DNA of 64,000 nucleotides from Kudoa neothunni (taxonomy: Eukaryota; Animalia; Cnidaria), in assembly GCA_964304625.1 (NCBI GenBank), contig OZ199838.1:14813907-14877906 (forward strand). The letters run 5' to 3'. This document shows positions 1-12,867 of this stretch, one piece after another; position 1 is the stretch's first letter, and each line of letters opens with the position of its first letter. A program made the position numbers and the translations under genes. Below the pieces are notes generated by a model, which worked only from the letters and a program-made list of their open reading frames with translations, did no database searches and was not told the DNA's origin.

Positions 1-1424
1 ATCTAGTCGAATGATGAAGCCTGGAATATCATCTGTGATTAATAACATGAAAGCTATACGAATTTGATCGAAGCATGCGGAGATTATCTTCATATAACCG
101 AGTTTAGAATTAATGTAATTATTTTTCGCATCTAAAAGTATTTAAATAGATTTTTAAATAGTTAATTTTATTTCTTAAAATATATATTAGAGCTCACCGG
201 AACGTTCTCATAAATTTTTCAACATATTCATGGAAATAATTAGAAATCCCCATGTTTTATCTTTTTTTATATTAAATAAACTTTTTAAAAGTCTTATGTT
301 GTATGAATAACGTGGTAAAACTTTACTTTTGTCTCATTATTGAAATTTACAAATATAATCCCGTTGATAACAAATTTTTATATTATTACCAGAATGATTG
401 CCGCATGAAGAAACATATATTATTATGAATTTTATTGTGAATTTAAATTATTAAACATTGTTTCATGACAGTTAATCATGCGGAAAAAGATGTACATGAA
501 AATAAATTTCGCAGTTGCGCACATGTAGGCGCGCAAGCGGGCACTTAAAATTTTTTATCTATTGATAGTACTGAATAATAAGAGACACATTCGTAGACAT
601 TGGTTCTAAGAGAAAATGGATAATCAAAATATTACATTAATTTTTGGTTCAAGTTTTAGTTAAATTAGTGGTTTCATTTCTTAAAATTGAAATGGTATTA
701 GTTATTAAGACTACGCATCATGGCTGATAAGTTGATAATGAGATATAATAATATGTGTTTCTGATTTTTTTTTAGTCAGAGCTATATTAATTAATCATAT
801 TGCAGTATTAACCTAAAATAAAATTCTATTATACTAATTGTTATATGGCCTCTTCTTCGAAGTTAATTTTTGAACAAAAATTGTGAAGTATTCTAGAGTT
901 TTCGTTGGAGTAACTTAACCCCATAAATGCCGCTTAAATTTAACAAAGCACTTTCATAATTCGATGCGATAGTTATATATCTAAATAGATGGAAATGAGA
1001 GTTTTTAAATAATAGATTTTATTACAATAAAATGATTGAATTTAATCGTTAATATCTCAAATTATTCAATTATTTAAATTAGAATAATCAGTTAACAAAA
1101 AAATGAATTTATTATATTTTATTGTTTCAAACCAAGATAAACATTGTAAATAACCTCTACTAACAAAAAGGTTTAATTTTGGAATATAAAGAAAACCTGA
1201 TAGATATTTAAATATTTAAGAATACAATTTAAATTTTGATATAAACTATAAATGAATTGATTACAATATCTAAACAGTTTAAATTTCAATTATCGAAATA
1301 TTAGTAAATTTGTGTTTATAATATTATAAATAATAGAAAAATATGATAAAATTCATTAGATGGTCACGTAGGAAAATATAATAATCTTATTAGATTATTA
1401 GTACTATTAAACGTAGTTTTTACG

Positions 1425-3986
1425 ATGATAAAGAAAATGACTGCTTTTCTCATATTCATTTTTTACAGTTTTTATCACTGTAAATATGATATTATCATTA
1501 AAAATATTATTTTGAGTTAGTTCATGGATTGGATTCATCTAATAACAATGAAGTATATGCTTAGTGTAACTTACTTAAGGACATTTTTTAGTTATGGAAT
1601 GATCCTAAATATTTGAAGCGCATCGAACAAACACAATACGTCCATATTAATGTTTATAAAGCCAAAAGCACGGTAACATACATAACTGTTAGTTTTACAT
1701 ATTGGTATAGATTAGGCTCGATGAGAGAGCACCTGGTTATATGAAACAAGTAGTATTGAAGTCAATGCAAGTAGCTTTATTGATAAGAGACATCTTAAAA
1801 AATTTTTTTAGACATACGCATGGCATAATATAAAAATAATAGTTGATTCATTTCAGAGAGTCAAATTTTATGGGTATGGAGCAAATTTAGAAACATTGAC
1901 CAATCGTCTGGAAACTTATTTCGAAACCTTATCAATTAGTAGAGGATATCATATAATGTTTGTGTAATAAATCAACGAAACACCTTCACGCTAATACTTG
2001 TTGATTTAGCTACCAATATTACGATAAAATAGAAAAAACCATTGGTAAAGCTAGATTTAAATTTTGGAACAATCCAGTGTACGGTTACGCTATTTCTCAG
2101 GTTAACTATTTCTACAACTAAAATTGTGCTATAAAAATAATCTATTCGCTAATCAGATATCAATTGGTGATCCTCTTGATCATACAACACATCACGTCAC
2201 ATTTTCTCATGAACTAGGTCATTTACTTGGTATGTGGCACGTTAGTAGCGGAAGTAACCAAAATTAATCCAAAAATATTCATATGAATACGATTATATAG
2301 CAAGCCTATGTTTTGACGAGCAGTCGAGATGTATTATGCAACCCCAAATTTTCTCCTGGTAAACTTGAATTAACAGCTTTCGTATCAATAGATGATAATA
2401 TAATTAATAGGCCAACAGAGTTGTCATATCCCCCTGGGTTCAGTGTGAAAGCATTTGGAAATTTGTCTCAATATCTGGAAAATAATCACAGAAATGATTT
2501 TTTAATCGTAATATTAAACAATCTATAAATATAAATCATTAAATCAAACGTAGAAAAATGTCAATATTCCTATTTTCCAAGTGTGTGGAAATGGCATGGT
2601 AGATCCTGGAGAAGAATGTGATTGTGGATTTGAAAAGAATTGCATAAGAAATGGGGAAATTAATTGCTGCGATATGACAATTTGCAAACTTAAACAAAAT
2701 GCCGAATGCTCAAAAGGGGAATGTTGTTTATCATGCAAAGTGGTGTTTGTGTTATCGAGTCAAATTAAATCTAAATTTCGAAAACATAAAGCTTGTTAAA
2801 AGGGGTAAAGTATGCCGTAAGGCTGATGAATGCCACATGGAAGAAACATGTTCAGGAAAGAGTCCATTTGTAGTTGAATTTATGTTTCGGATGAATCGAA
2901 TTATTCATTTAATAGTGTCCAACTATTAACAAAAAACCAGATGGAACACCATGCAATAGAGAAAATGTAACTATATAAATGTAATGTATCCAGCGTGACA
3001 CTACTTTTTCCAAACAAGGCCTTTTGTGTCAATGGAATATGTCCTGATGCCAATCGACAATGTTCACAGTTGCATCATCATGGTAATTAGGAATTCGTAC
3101 AAAATCCTATAATGTTTCTAATTATGTATAGAATGGAGACCGTACGATCCAAGTTGTATCGATTTGGTGGACCCAAAAAAGGAATTTGATTTGAGTGATA
3201 CAAAGATAAAAACGAGGCAATTTTATAATGTATATTGTTACAATACATAGTTATTAACTAGTCGGTCATATTGTGGTTTGTTGCCTTGTTATTACCCTTA
3301 TGGAACTGGTTTATATGGAGACTGTGTGTGGGATAAAAGAGGTGGTCATTGCTCGTAACATTAATTGCAGTACATTTTCAATATTCCTCTAATTAAAGAT
3401 CGGCAAAACCTGATGTTGCAAGGGATTTTCTAGGATTTATTCCCAATGGGCACAATTGCGGTGAAAATAGGGTAAAAAATCCATGAATATCATTGTTCAC
3501 TAAAATTTTAAATCTTTAAAGATGTGCTTAAACAATAGATGCATTGATGCAATCGAAAATAGAAGAAGATGCCAAAATATAAGATGTCCAGATGGATTAG
3601 TATCGTGAAGTATTTTTTTAAATATCATAATTGGCTAACTAGGTTTGCCACATGGGTACCTGCGAAAATGCTTATAAAGATTTTAGTTCTTGTAAGAATG
3701 TGGTTTGTCCTGAAAATAAAGTACCATTTGATTCATCTAAATATTATTAATACTTCTTTTAAAGTACTGTAACAAATACGGCGAATGCTCCTACTACATA
3801 ACGTACTAATATCAACTAGTACCATCTTAATTTGCTGTTAGGCCAGAAAACTTCATATACGCTGAAGATGATTCTTTTTTTCTCCATAATGACAATGCCC
3901 CGTAACTTTATTATTTCAATTTATTACAACATTATTTAAATGATAGATATATTTTATTTAACATTTTGAAAACGAATTTAATATAA
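1425..3986 (+). CDS. ADAM/reprolysin-like zinc metalloprotease (signal peptide, metalloprotease, disintegrin, Cys-rich and Cys-rich/EGF-like regions), about 19 exons
   Basis: Manual splicing gives signal-like MTAFLIFIFYSFYHFHG, zinc motif HELGHLLGMWH (2208-2240), disintegrin CGNGMVDPGEECDCG...CCDMTICKLKQNAECSKGECC, and Cys-rich DGTPC...CVNGICP...CGLLPC...GHNCGENRMCLNNRC. Introns are about 38-60 nt. The last exons are less certain. Confidence 0.88.
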
Positions 3987-6008
3987 CTTTTTGAAATTAT
4001 GGAACACATCGTTTATCTATTAATTAAATTCGAATATGTTTAAATAAAATCAATTCAATACTTTATAACTTAAAGTTATAAGGTTTTGATAAAAAATCGA
4101 CACTAATTTATTGTGACTATTATAGAAGAAGAGTGAAGTATGGAGAACAAACAAATTTAGAGGTTCAAAGTATCTTATAAACAACCAATATTGTGGCATT
4201 TCGTTTAGAATGTATTCTGATCGTTATATTTGTTATTAATTTGGGTCTTCTCATATTACTGTAAAATTTTACAATTTTTTACCATTTTTATGGACTTTGA
4301 ATAGGTCAATATATTTTTTTGTAATGACAAGAACGGAATGAAACCAACAGATTTTATGGAATAGTCTTTACCTGTGAATAGATATATCTATTATATAATT
4401 ATATATATATAATTTAATTTAGTATTGATTCAACATATTTTTTATCGATTAGTCGGCTACACATCATAATTTTTTTAAATCATTTTGATAGAATCAAATA
4501 TTAACGTAAAAATATGTAATCCATTGATAATTCTAATATACGTTTATTTTTGAAATTTTACCTTAGGAATAATATTTTTATCAACAAATTTTTTAATTAT
4601 TTGACCTTTTTAATGTTTTAGTATTATTTAATACAACTTTAAATTGTCAAATTTACAGCTTAGCGTGTGTATACTCTTTTCATATCGTTTAGATACTCAT
4701 AAAAAGGGACACAACGGGGAAAATTTAGCCAACAAATACGATAAGCTGTCGCAATAAAATTTGTATTGAAATACGAAGAATTTAAGGGTGCTACAAAATT
4801 TATAATGCCTAGTGTTACCTAAGGAATTTTCATGTTTGTGGGGCAACTTCGAAACTACTTTTGAGTGATATTTATAATACGAAAAATCTTTAATAATACA
4901 GAAATTTGTAGTTCAATTCATCAAGCGTCTCCAATCATTTTTTTCGTCGGCCCTGCGTAGGTAATTTTCATAGTTGATAACCATCCTTCCAGAGATGATA
5001 ATAAAAATATACAAGTATTTTCAGCTGCTTCACTGGATAATGTACAAACATCTGCGATGTATCCCACAAATATTCTATTTACAATATACAATAAAACGCA
5101 AACATAAATTCATCGTAAAAAAATCATTTCTTGACAATGTAACATCAAAATATATCAGAAAAATTTTAGATATCTATAATCAATTCACCTGTTGTTTTAA
5201 TTCTTAGTATCCTTAATGCAGAAAAAATAATATAAATTAATGTACAAAATCGAATCTAATAGGTTGGTCCAAGTAATATTATAATTTCGTTTTCAATAAT
5301 TTCCATCATTTTAAAGTGAAAATGATATCTTGTTCTCTTTGCAACAGGCTTATGATAAAAATGCGTCTAAATGAACATTATTGGCAATAAAGAGGAAAAT
5401 ACAACAAAATAATCCAATCGTTTAAAATTAGAAGAATAACTTAATGTGCATTTTCATATATTAAATTGTTTCTACGGCATTTTATGTGGCGTTCTCTACG
5501 CAGTGAAACTAAGAAATGTTCAACATTGCAACAAAATTATTGTCAATTAAGAAAATTTAATGGAAAAATTTGTAAACAGGAAAAACTATCAACGCATGTT
5601 TAGGTCTAATTTAAAGGTCAAAAAAATTGTGCTTATAAATAAGATGTATTTTGTATAATATTCGAAAAGTTTATTTTTAGAGATTTTCAGTTTCATATTA
5701 ATTTTTTAAATTAAAAAAAAGAGGAAATATGAGAACATTTAGGGTTATTGTGTTTCGTTAATAATTGCAGGTGTGTAGGACAATGTTCTATGAGGAATTC
5801 TTGATATTAAGAAGTTATTTGTAATTGTTAAATTTTTTTTCTTTATATATTCAACTTTTAAGTTTAAAAACCCAAAATTAGCTCAAGATGGTGATGTTGA
5901 CGTACCATAAATTTTTTCGTTACCCACATATTTCCATTCAAAAATGGTTTATATCTAATGATCATTCAAAATTTGAACGTAATAATGAATTCATCGACTA
6001 TGGGATCA

Positions 6009-8111
6009 CAGTCAAACCTCGATGTTGCGAAGTAAATCGGGGATTCAATTTTACTACGCAACACAAAATTAATACACAACACCGACGCGCGTGCGTGCAT
6101 GCATGTACATTGAAGGGAAATTGTATTATTATGATGTAACCTATTTTTTTAAGCATAGAATCCAGAAATGAAAATATAAGTTAATTGTTAAATGAGGTTT
6201 CTTTTTATTTTTTGTGAAAAAATCCGTTATGGTAGTTTGGAGTTCTCTTTTTTTAGTATTGAGATCAATCGGTCCATTACAGGGTGGAGGTCGAATAAAC
6301 CTTCTGGTTCCTCCGCGACAAAAGTTTCCCTCAAAATTTGTATTGCTCCTCTAATTTTCTTTGTGGGGACCTTTTTTATAGCTTTTTCTGTTTCATCCTT
6401 TTCATTATCACATTTATTCTTTATGTCACAATTAATGACGGAGGAGGTGTTTGCTTCATCGTGAACTCTTTCGTTAATTTCAGATGATACATCATTAAGT
6501 GAGTCTAGTTAATTTTAGGAAAATAATTTTTGCCAATATACCTTCATTAATGTTATCATATTCTTGAATAGTTGTTGATGCTATTAAACATATATTTATA
6601 ATTTTAATCAAAAACACCTGACTTTTTAAAACAATTAATAATTGTTTCCTTCGAAATATTATCCCAATCATTTTTTAACATTTTTAAACAATCGAATAAA
6701 GTGTAGCTTTTTAATATTAATTCATTATCATCCGACACACTAGCTGAATGGAGAATTTTGTTATAGTTGCTTTTTAATGAGTTTATTATTCCTAAATCAC
6801 AAGGCTGTAATATTGATGTGGTATTCTTCGGAAAGAGTAAAAATATAATATTTTCTAGACCGCCCATGTCTTTAGAGTGGGAGGAGCATTGGTTATTATA
6901 AGATTAAAACTTTCCTATTCTCTTTTTCAAACATATTGTTAAATTTTTGCATAATTTTAAAACAGATAGAGGCGTTCATCCAAGAGTTTTTCTGTGAAAA
7001 ATGTTCAATTGGTAGATGGGATATATTTTTAAAACAACGAGGCTTCTGTTATTTACCCATTACAAATAATAGCGATTGTTAAGACAAGACACCATTGTTA
7101 TTAATATCACTATATGTATATCTATAAAGCTGTTTATATAATGGAATTTAGGATCCAGAATGTTCTAGAAACATCTAGGCCGGTGATAGGTTGTTATAGA
7201 AACTTTCAATGTATTCTATGTTAAACTAGAACCATCTGGAAGCCCTAACAGTAATTTTGAACCATCTAAGGCGGCGGATACTAAAACCGTAACACGCTTC
7301 TTGGACACTAGGTCCTCGGACATCTTGTTCTGCATTTAATACTTGAGTTCGTTTATTAATTTGTTGGTAAGAAAGCGCAGTCTCATCAACATTAGTAATA
7401 TTTTTTGGATCGTAACTTTACAGAATATCTTATTCTCAAATTTCTAAGTATATATTGAAGAAGAATCAGCACTAGATGCTTCCCCGTGGAGTCTTACGGA
7501 ACGAAGTCCAAATCTATTTTTAATGCAAGCCAACCACCATCCTCTACTTGCATTAAAATTGTCGATATTCTTTTCTTTGACGATTGACAATGCTTTTGCT
7601 ATCATAGTTTCACCAGAAATTTTTTTTTATTATTTCGGGCATTAACGATCCAATTATAGACTTCGGTATCGACATTTTCATGCTTACCGCTAGAAAATCG
7701 CATTCTCTTGTTATAAATATTGGAATCAGTAATATTTTGTTCCATTGAGAGAATTCTACTGAGAATTGAATATTCTTAACAAAAATTATCGTTATTATTA
7801 ATCTAAAGTAAAAACATTTGAATACTTAGTCAGAATTTCATTACGGTCATTATTTTGCACTTTTAATTGATTTAATTGAATTATAATAACTAATAATTTT
7901 ATTCTTCTCATTAATATCTCGCTGCACTCTGGACATTGTCAATTTTACTTCGCAATATCGAATAATATACGCTTTCGTTTATTTAAAAAAATTTTTTTTT
8001 ACAATAATTTTATAGTATTAGCATTAACATACCTAATATATTTTCCAATTTAACTAAAATAGAACAAATACAAGAGATATTGGGCTACTACGCAATACCG
8101 AGGCACAACTG
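6009..8111 (-). mobile_element. Decayed pogo/Tigger (CENP-B-like DDE_1) DNA transposon
   Basis: Minus-strand fragments: RFGLRSVRLHGEASS (HTH/CENP-B region), SKKRVTVLVSAALDGSKL, and FPKNTTSILQPCDLGIINSLKSNY (DDE_1). Imperfect TIRs CAGTCAAACCTCGATGTTGCGAAGT (6009) and the reverse complement near 8085-8111, followed by TA. Contains stops and frameshifts. Confidence 0.85.
7077..7250. mobile_element. 174-bp insertion, probably a solo LTR, inside the pogo transposase
   Basis: Termini TGTTA...TAACA. Flanks GCGAT/GTAAT look like a degenerate 5-bp TSD. Removing the insertion restores the transposase frame (SKLLLFVMGK). Confidence 0.6.
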
Positions 8112-8119
8112 TATATAAT

Positions 8120-8965
8120 TTCTTTGCGTTTTAACCTTAGCTATTGCAATTTATATTATACACACAAGATGGAGAGCCGCGCTTAAGACCTTCAAGAATC
8201 ACAGGTTTTCGACATCTATCCTAGAAACTTTCATTGTCACCAATGGATCGATACCGACCGCTTTGGAGACACCTGGTTTAGATTGTACTCATGAATATTA
8301 TTGGAATAACATAACTTTTGTAAAAATGAAAAAGCGACATCTTCTCCTTTTTTTGCTAATATCAATTTTTCTCCTTTTAATTATACTACAAAAATGATTT
8401 ATGACTATAAAACATTTGTACAATTCTGGGGTTAGAAAGATTTGTTTTTTGACTTTTCTTTCAACGATGTCTTTATCTATGCGAAATATTTTAGAGTTCC
8501 TTCTCAATTATTAAATTGTGTTTTCTTATTGTTTTGATAAGCCAGTTGAAAACTTCTTCAGTTTCTTCTAGAAGTATTCCGGTCGCCATTACCTCAGTTG
8601 TTCCTCTAGCGTCCATAATGGCAACAAAATATACAGGAGCTCTGAAATCAAGCAGCTCGTACGTAGGATCGATAAAAATAATTCCTGAATATGCTTGAAG
8701 ATATTTTTCCATCCTCAAATCTTGAAAAAATAAACCTTTAGAGTCGTTTTTGTTTTCTAATATTTCTCTATATATGCCTGGTCTCTTTTTCAACGATTGC
8801 AAAAATTATAAACTATTTGATCGGGATTTCATTTAAGTTAATTTTTCTAGACGAATAAAGTTTCCTCTTCCCGAAATAACCTATCTCAAATGACCTTAGA
8901 ATTTCCACCAACTTTCAAAAATTGAGAAATAAAGCCGACTTCATCTTTAGTTAATTTATTTTATT
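8120..8965 (-). mobile_element. Decayed MULE-type transposase (ZSWIM1/3-like RNase-H fold)
   Basis: ORF 8491-8802 reads GLFFQDLRMEKYLQAYSGIIFIDPTYELLDFRAPVYFVAIMDARGTTEVMATGILLEE. Frameshifted, and its 5' part is interrupted by the IS630-like element. Confidence 0.7.
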
Positions 8966-8967
8966 TA

Positions 8968-10328
8968 TAGAGTTTCCCGATCTATCTCGGCACTTTTGCA
9001 ACCAAACGCGGCAATTTGCAGTCAAACGTGGCACCTTTACAATCAAACCTGACACATTTGCAATCAAGATATAGGTTTCAACGCTCATTCTCGTTTAACG
9101 CTACGCATTGATTTTGAACAAATTTTTGTTAATCTAATTGAATTCAAATACAAAAACTAAAAGAAAACAAAGAAAAATCATCTCTACCGATGTAAGGGAG
9201 CAAATGTGCAATTTTTGCTTGGATGGAAAAACTGATAGTTATATCGCTTCGAAATTGAGGTTACCGAGGTCCACGGTTTGGTCGATATTGTCTAAGTTAG
9301 AAGCACCGGCACTCTTGCTCCAAAACCTAGAGGTGGAGACAAACGATCACCTCTTTCAATTGATCAAAAAGAAAAAATAATCGGTTAGATTGATGAAAAT
9401 TCATTAATCCCTTTAAAAGAACTAAAACAAAAGCTTCAGGACGAATTTGGAGTTCCCGTATCCCTTAATACAACAGTCGATAGGGTAATCGGAGAGTTCC
9501 ATTACACTCTCAAATCTGTTGTAAGGGTTCCTGGAAGGAGGAATTGTTCTACAACAATAGAATGGCGGCTTCAATATATGGAAATGTTTCGGGAACTAGA
9601 AGTCACTTCAATACATGAAAGCCTCATATTTTTGGGCGAAGTGGGATTTTCAATAGTTACCCGACCCAAGAGAGGACGCTCATTGATAGGCAAGTCAGCT
9701 TATTGTTTTGTACCGGCCGCTGGAAGTAGGAATATTTCTGTGGTTGCTGCAATCAATAAAAATCGCGCAATTTATAATAAAACACATGATAAGGTTATAA
9801 CCGGCGAAGACTCAAAAAATTGCTTGCTGGAGCTGAAAACTAACTGCTTTAATAATGGGATCCTTGATCCAATATTTATTATTGAGAACGCAAAAATCCA
9901 TCACTACAGTGGTCTTCAAGACATAATTGATGCGGAAAATTTAGTCGTAAAATACCTGCCTCCATATTCACCCTTTCTTAACCCTATTGAGAACGTTTTT
10001 TCTCAATAGGAAAAACATAGTAATAAGGAGGCGGTGTAAAGACGAGAAAGAGCTGAAGTTAGCTATTGCTGAGCGTTTCGACGAAATAACATATACACAC
10101 TGTGATGGATTCTACCGAAAAATGCTTGGCTATATCACAAGATCTTCTCGAAGAGAGGTAATATTAGAATAAATAACAGCGGTGATAGTAATTATGGGTT
10201 TGAATGTTAAATCCCACGTTTTTGCGCATTATTAAAATAACACGTTTGATTAAATTGTGACGCGCCGAGTTTGACTGCAAATTGCCGCATTTGGTTGCAA
10301 AATTGCCGAGTTAGATCGGGAAACCCTA
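8968..10328 (+). mobile_element. IS630/Tc1-like transposon, complete termini but inactivated
   Basis: TIRs of at least 60 bp (TAG(A/G)GTTTCCCGATCTA.CTCGGCA.TTTTGCAACCAAA.GCGGCAATTTGCAGTCAAAC) flanked by TA. Fragments include an HTH, PKPRGG, FLGEVGF, IIENAKIHH and YLPPYSPFLNPIENVF. The first two catalytic Asp are mutated (G, E), and there are frameshifts. Confidence 0.92.
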
Positions 10329-10539
10329 TATAGTGGGTGATGGGTGATTCGTAATCCCAGTGGGATGAAGGAAGAATTGCGAACCACGTGTACTGTAAGT
10401 GCGGTTCGTAGGGGGTTTTCAAGCTTTAAAAACACGTGGGTTACTGATATATCCGGATGCTCTTGACGTTATTAAATATATGATGAATGGTTAAATAATT
10501 GGCATTATTTGAGTATATGTAGTTGACTAAACTTTAAGA

Positions 10540-11626
10540 TAGTACAAACGATTCGTAAATAATACCTCCTGATCGAAAAAATAAAAGGCAAAAAATATCA
10601 AACGATACAAGGCGAATGATAATTAAGTGAAGCAAAAAAAGGATACATTAACTCTTTTATTGCTGAGAATGTAGGACTTAAAAGAACCACGGTCGCCACG
10701 ATTTTTTCTTTAAATCTAATTGACGGGAAAATTGAATATAAGAAACGAGGTAGAGATTATTCCACAAAACTTAAAGACAATCAAAAGTCAATGGTAAGAA
10801 ACTGGGTAGGCGAAGAAGCCACAATTACCCTGAAAGCATTGCGCAAAAAACTGATGGACGAGTGCGGCGTAAATGTTAGCGTGAGTACTATTAATAAGTG
10901 TTTAGTCGAATTCCATTACTCGCCGAAAACAATAACATTTGTTCCGCAAAGGAAAAATTGTGATAGCACCTTGGACCAACGTCATGCTTATGCCCAAAAG
11001 TTTAATGCAAAACTTTGTCTTTGTTGACGAAGTTGGATTCAGTGTCTCAGGTAGGACAAGGTTTGGTCGTTCCCTCGCAGACGGCACATCTGCATATATT
11101 TCTGTTCCAAGTGTTAGAACAAGAAATATATCAGTAACAGCGTCCATGAATAAGGACAGGATGATTTTTTATAAAATTAATCATCGGCCAGTCAATGGTG
11201 AGGATTTTATAGCTTTTCTTATGGAGCTTTCAAGTTTATGTCGAACGAATGGGGTAGAATATGCTTGCTTTATTCTAGATAATGCGAGGATACATCATTA
11301 TCGAGGACTTGAAGAAGTCGTTGAAACATTACAATTGTCCTTGATGTATTTACCTCTGTACTCCCCATTTCTCAACCCTATTGAAAATGTGTTCAGCAAA
11401 TGGAAGAATAGTGTCGTCAGGAGTGAAATTGAAAATGAACCAGATCTTTTAAAATTAATTGATGACGGTTTCCATACTATTACCTCAGATGATTGTTCTG
11501 GGTATTACAGGAAGTTGCTAAGGTATGTCGCGAAATGTCTCGGAAGAGAATCCCAGAATAATGAGAACATCTAATCGTTGTTATAAATATTAAATTAATT
11601 TACAATTTTGTTTTTTTATTTGTACT
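10540..11626 (+). mobile_element. Second, distinct IS630/Tc1-like transposon (frameshifted)
   Basis: ORF 10939-11574 keeps the catalytic triad FVDEVGF / ILDNARIHH / FLNPIENVF. The HTH part is in other frames (10560-11027). Short TIRs TAGTACAAA...TTTGTACTA. Confidence 0.88.
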
Positions 11627-12867
11627 ATTCGAAAAAAATAATAAATTTACCAGTTATTAGCTTAAAAAATAGGTAGCAATCGTTGAAGCTCGAAAAACCC
11701 TATAATTTCTAAGGTTGCGCGCGACACTATGGCGGAACAAATACTGCAAATCAACTATAATAATAAAGAATTTCTAAGGAAATTACTCAGTTATAGTAAT
11801 ATTTTTAAGTTTTCTGACAATTGTATTGTGTACTTTTCGTTCGATATCTGTTTGAAGTTTACAACTATTTAAACCCTTTTGTTTCAAGTAATGTCTTAAA
11901 TCAGAAAAATAAGAGGGGTACCATTTTGGAAATAGTAATTTTTCGTCCCCTATCGCCATATTTACGAAACTTGTCATCCCGGTGACATTTACTATCACTT
12001 ATAAAATCATTAAAATTGGCGTCGTTTTCAATATTGTTTCCTCCCCCATGCCTTCGCTAGTTTTTCAAAGAATTTATTATTTCATACTTCTCCTTTAATT
12101 TTCTAACTCAATTTTTATTTCTGTCCCCCACATCGCCACCAATCGAAAATTAATATCTCAGCGCACCTGAAAAGTTACGAACGACCCGTCACCCATTGTA
12201 AAAGGAATTTTGACGAGAAACTTAAGGAATCATGATTATGGGATTTCAACAAAAACTAATCTCGGTCAATATCTACTGAAAATTTCAAAAATATAGGTCA
12301 TTCTTTGTAACACGATTTTCTACATTTTTGACCAGCAGATCACTCAATCATAAATAATCATACAATATTACTCCGAATATTGATATAGATATCCAAACAT
12401 AAAGATTTTATGAAATTTACATTTTTCGCATCATGAAAATATCAATATTCTATTTACTAATATTGAGGGCCGGATTTTATACTTTATTTCATTGTTTCTT
12501 TCCAGTCTCAACGGTTCTAGAGTCCGTTAAAGATAAATTACTAATGTCATTTAGTTCAAATTCCTCAATTTTCAATTTTAATTCTCCCAAACTGTTCATT
12601 TAACTCATAACTTCAAAGTAACTATCCTCAAAAACAATAAAATGGCTTGCGTTCTCTCCATGAGTTTCCATTTTGCGTAGACACGTTATGGATTAAAATC
12701 ACATGTTTTCATCTACATTAATCAATTATTTTCTAATATATCAATTCAGTTTCCTCTATTACTAATGGGAATGATGAAAGATCACACTTCTATACAATAA
12801 TTTTAAATTATAACACCAAGGGATGGACACAACATTTTTATTTGTACGTTAAAATAAAATCAATAGT

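Noticed and set aside
9138-11574. Split IS630-like ORFs as programmed frameshifting
   Set aside because: Multiple frameshifts, stops and catalytic substitutions indicate decay rather than recoding.
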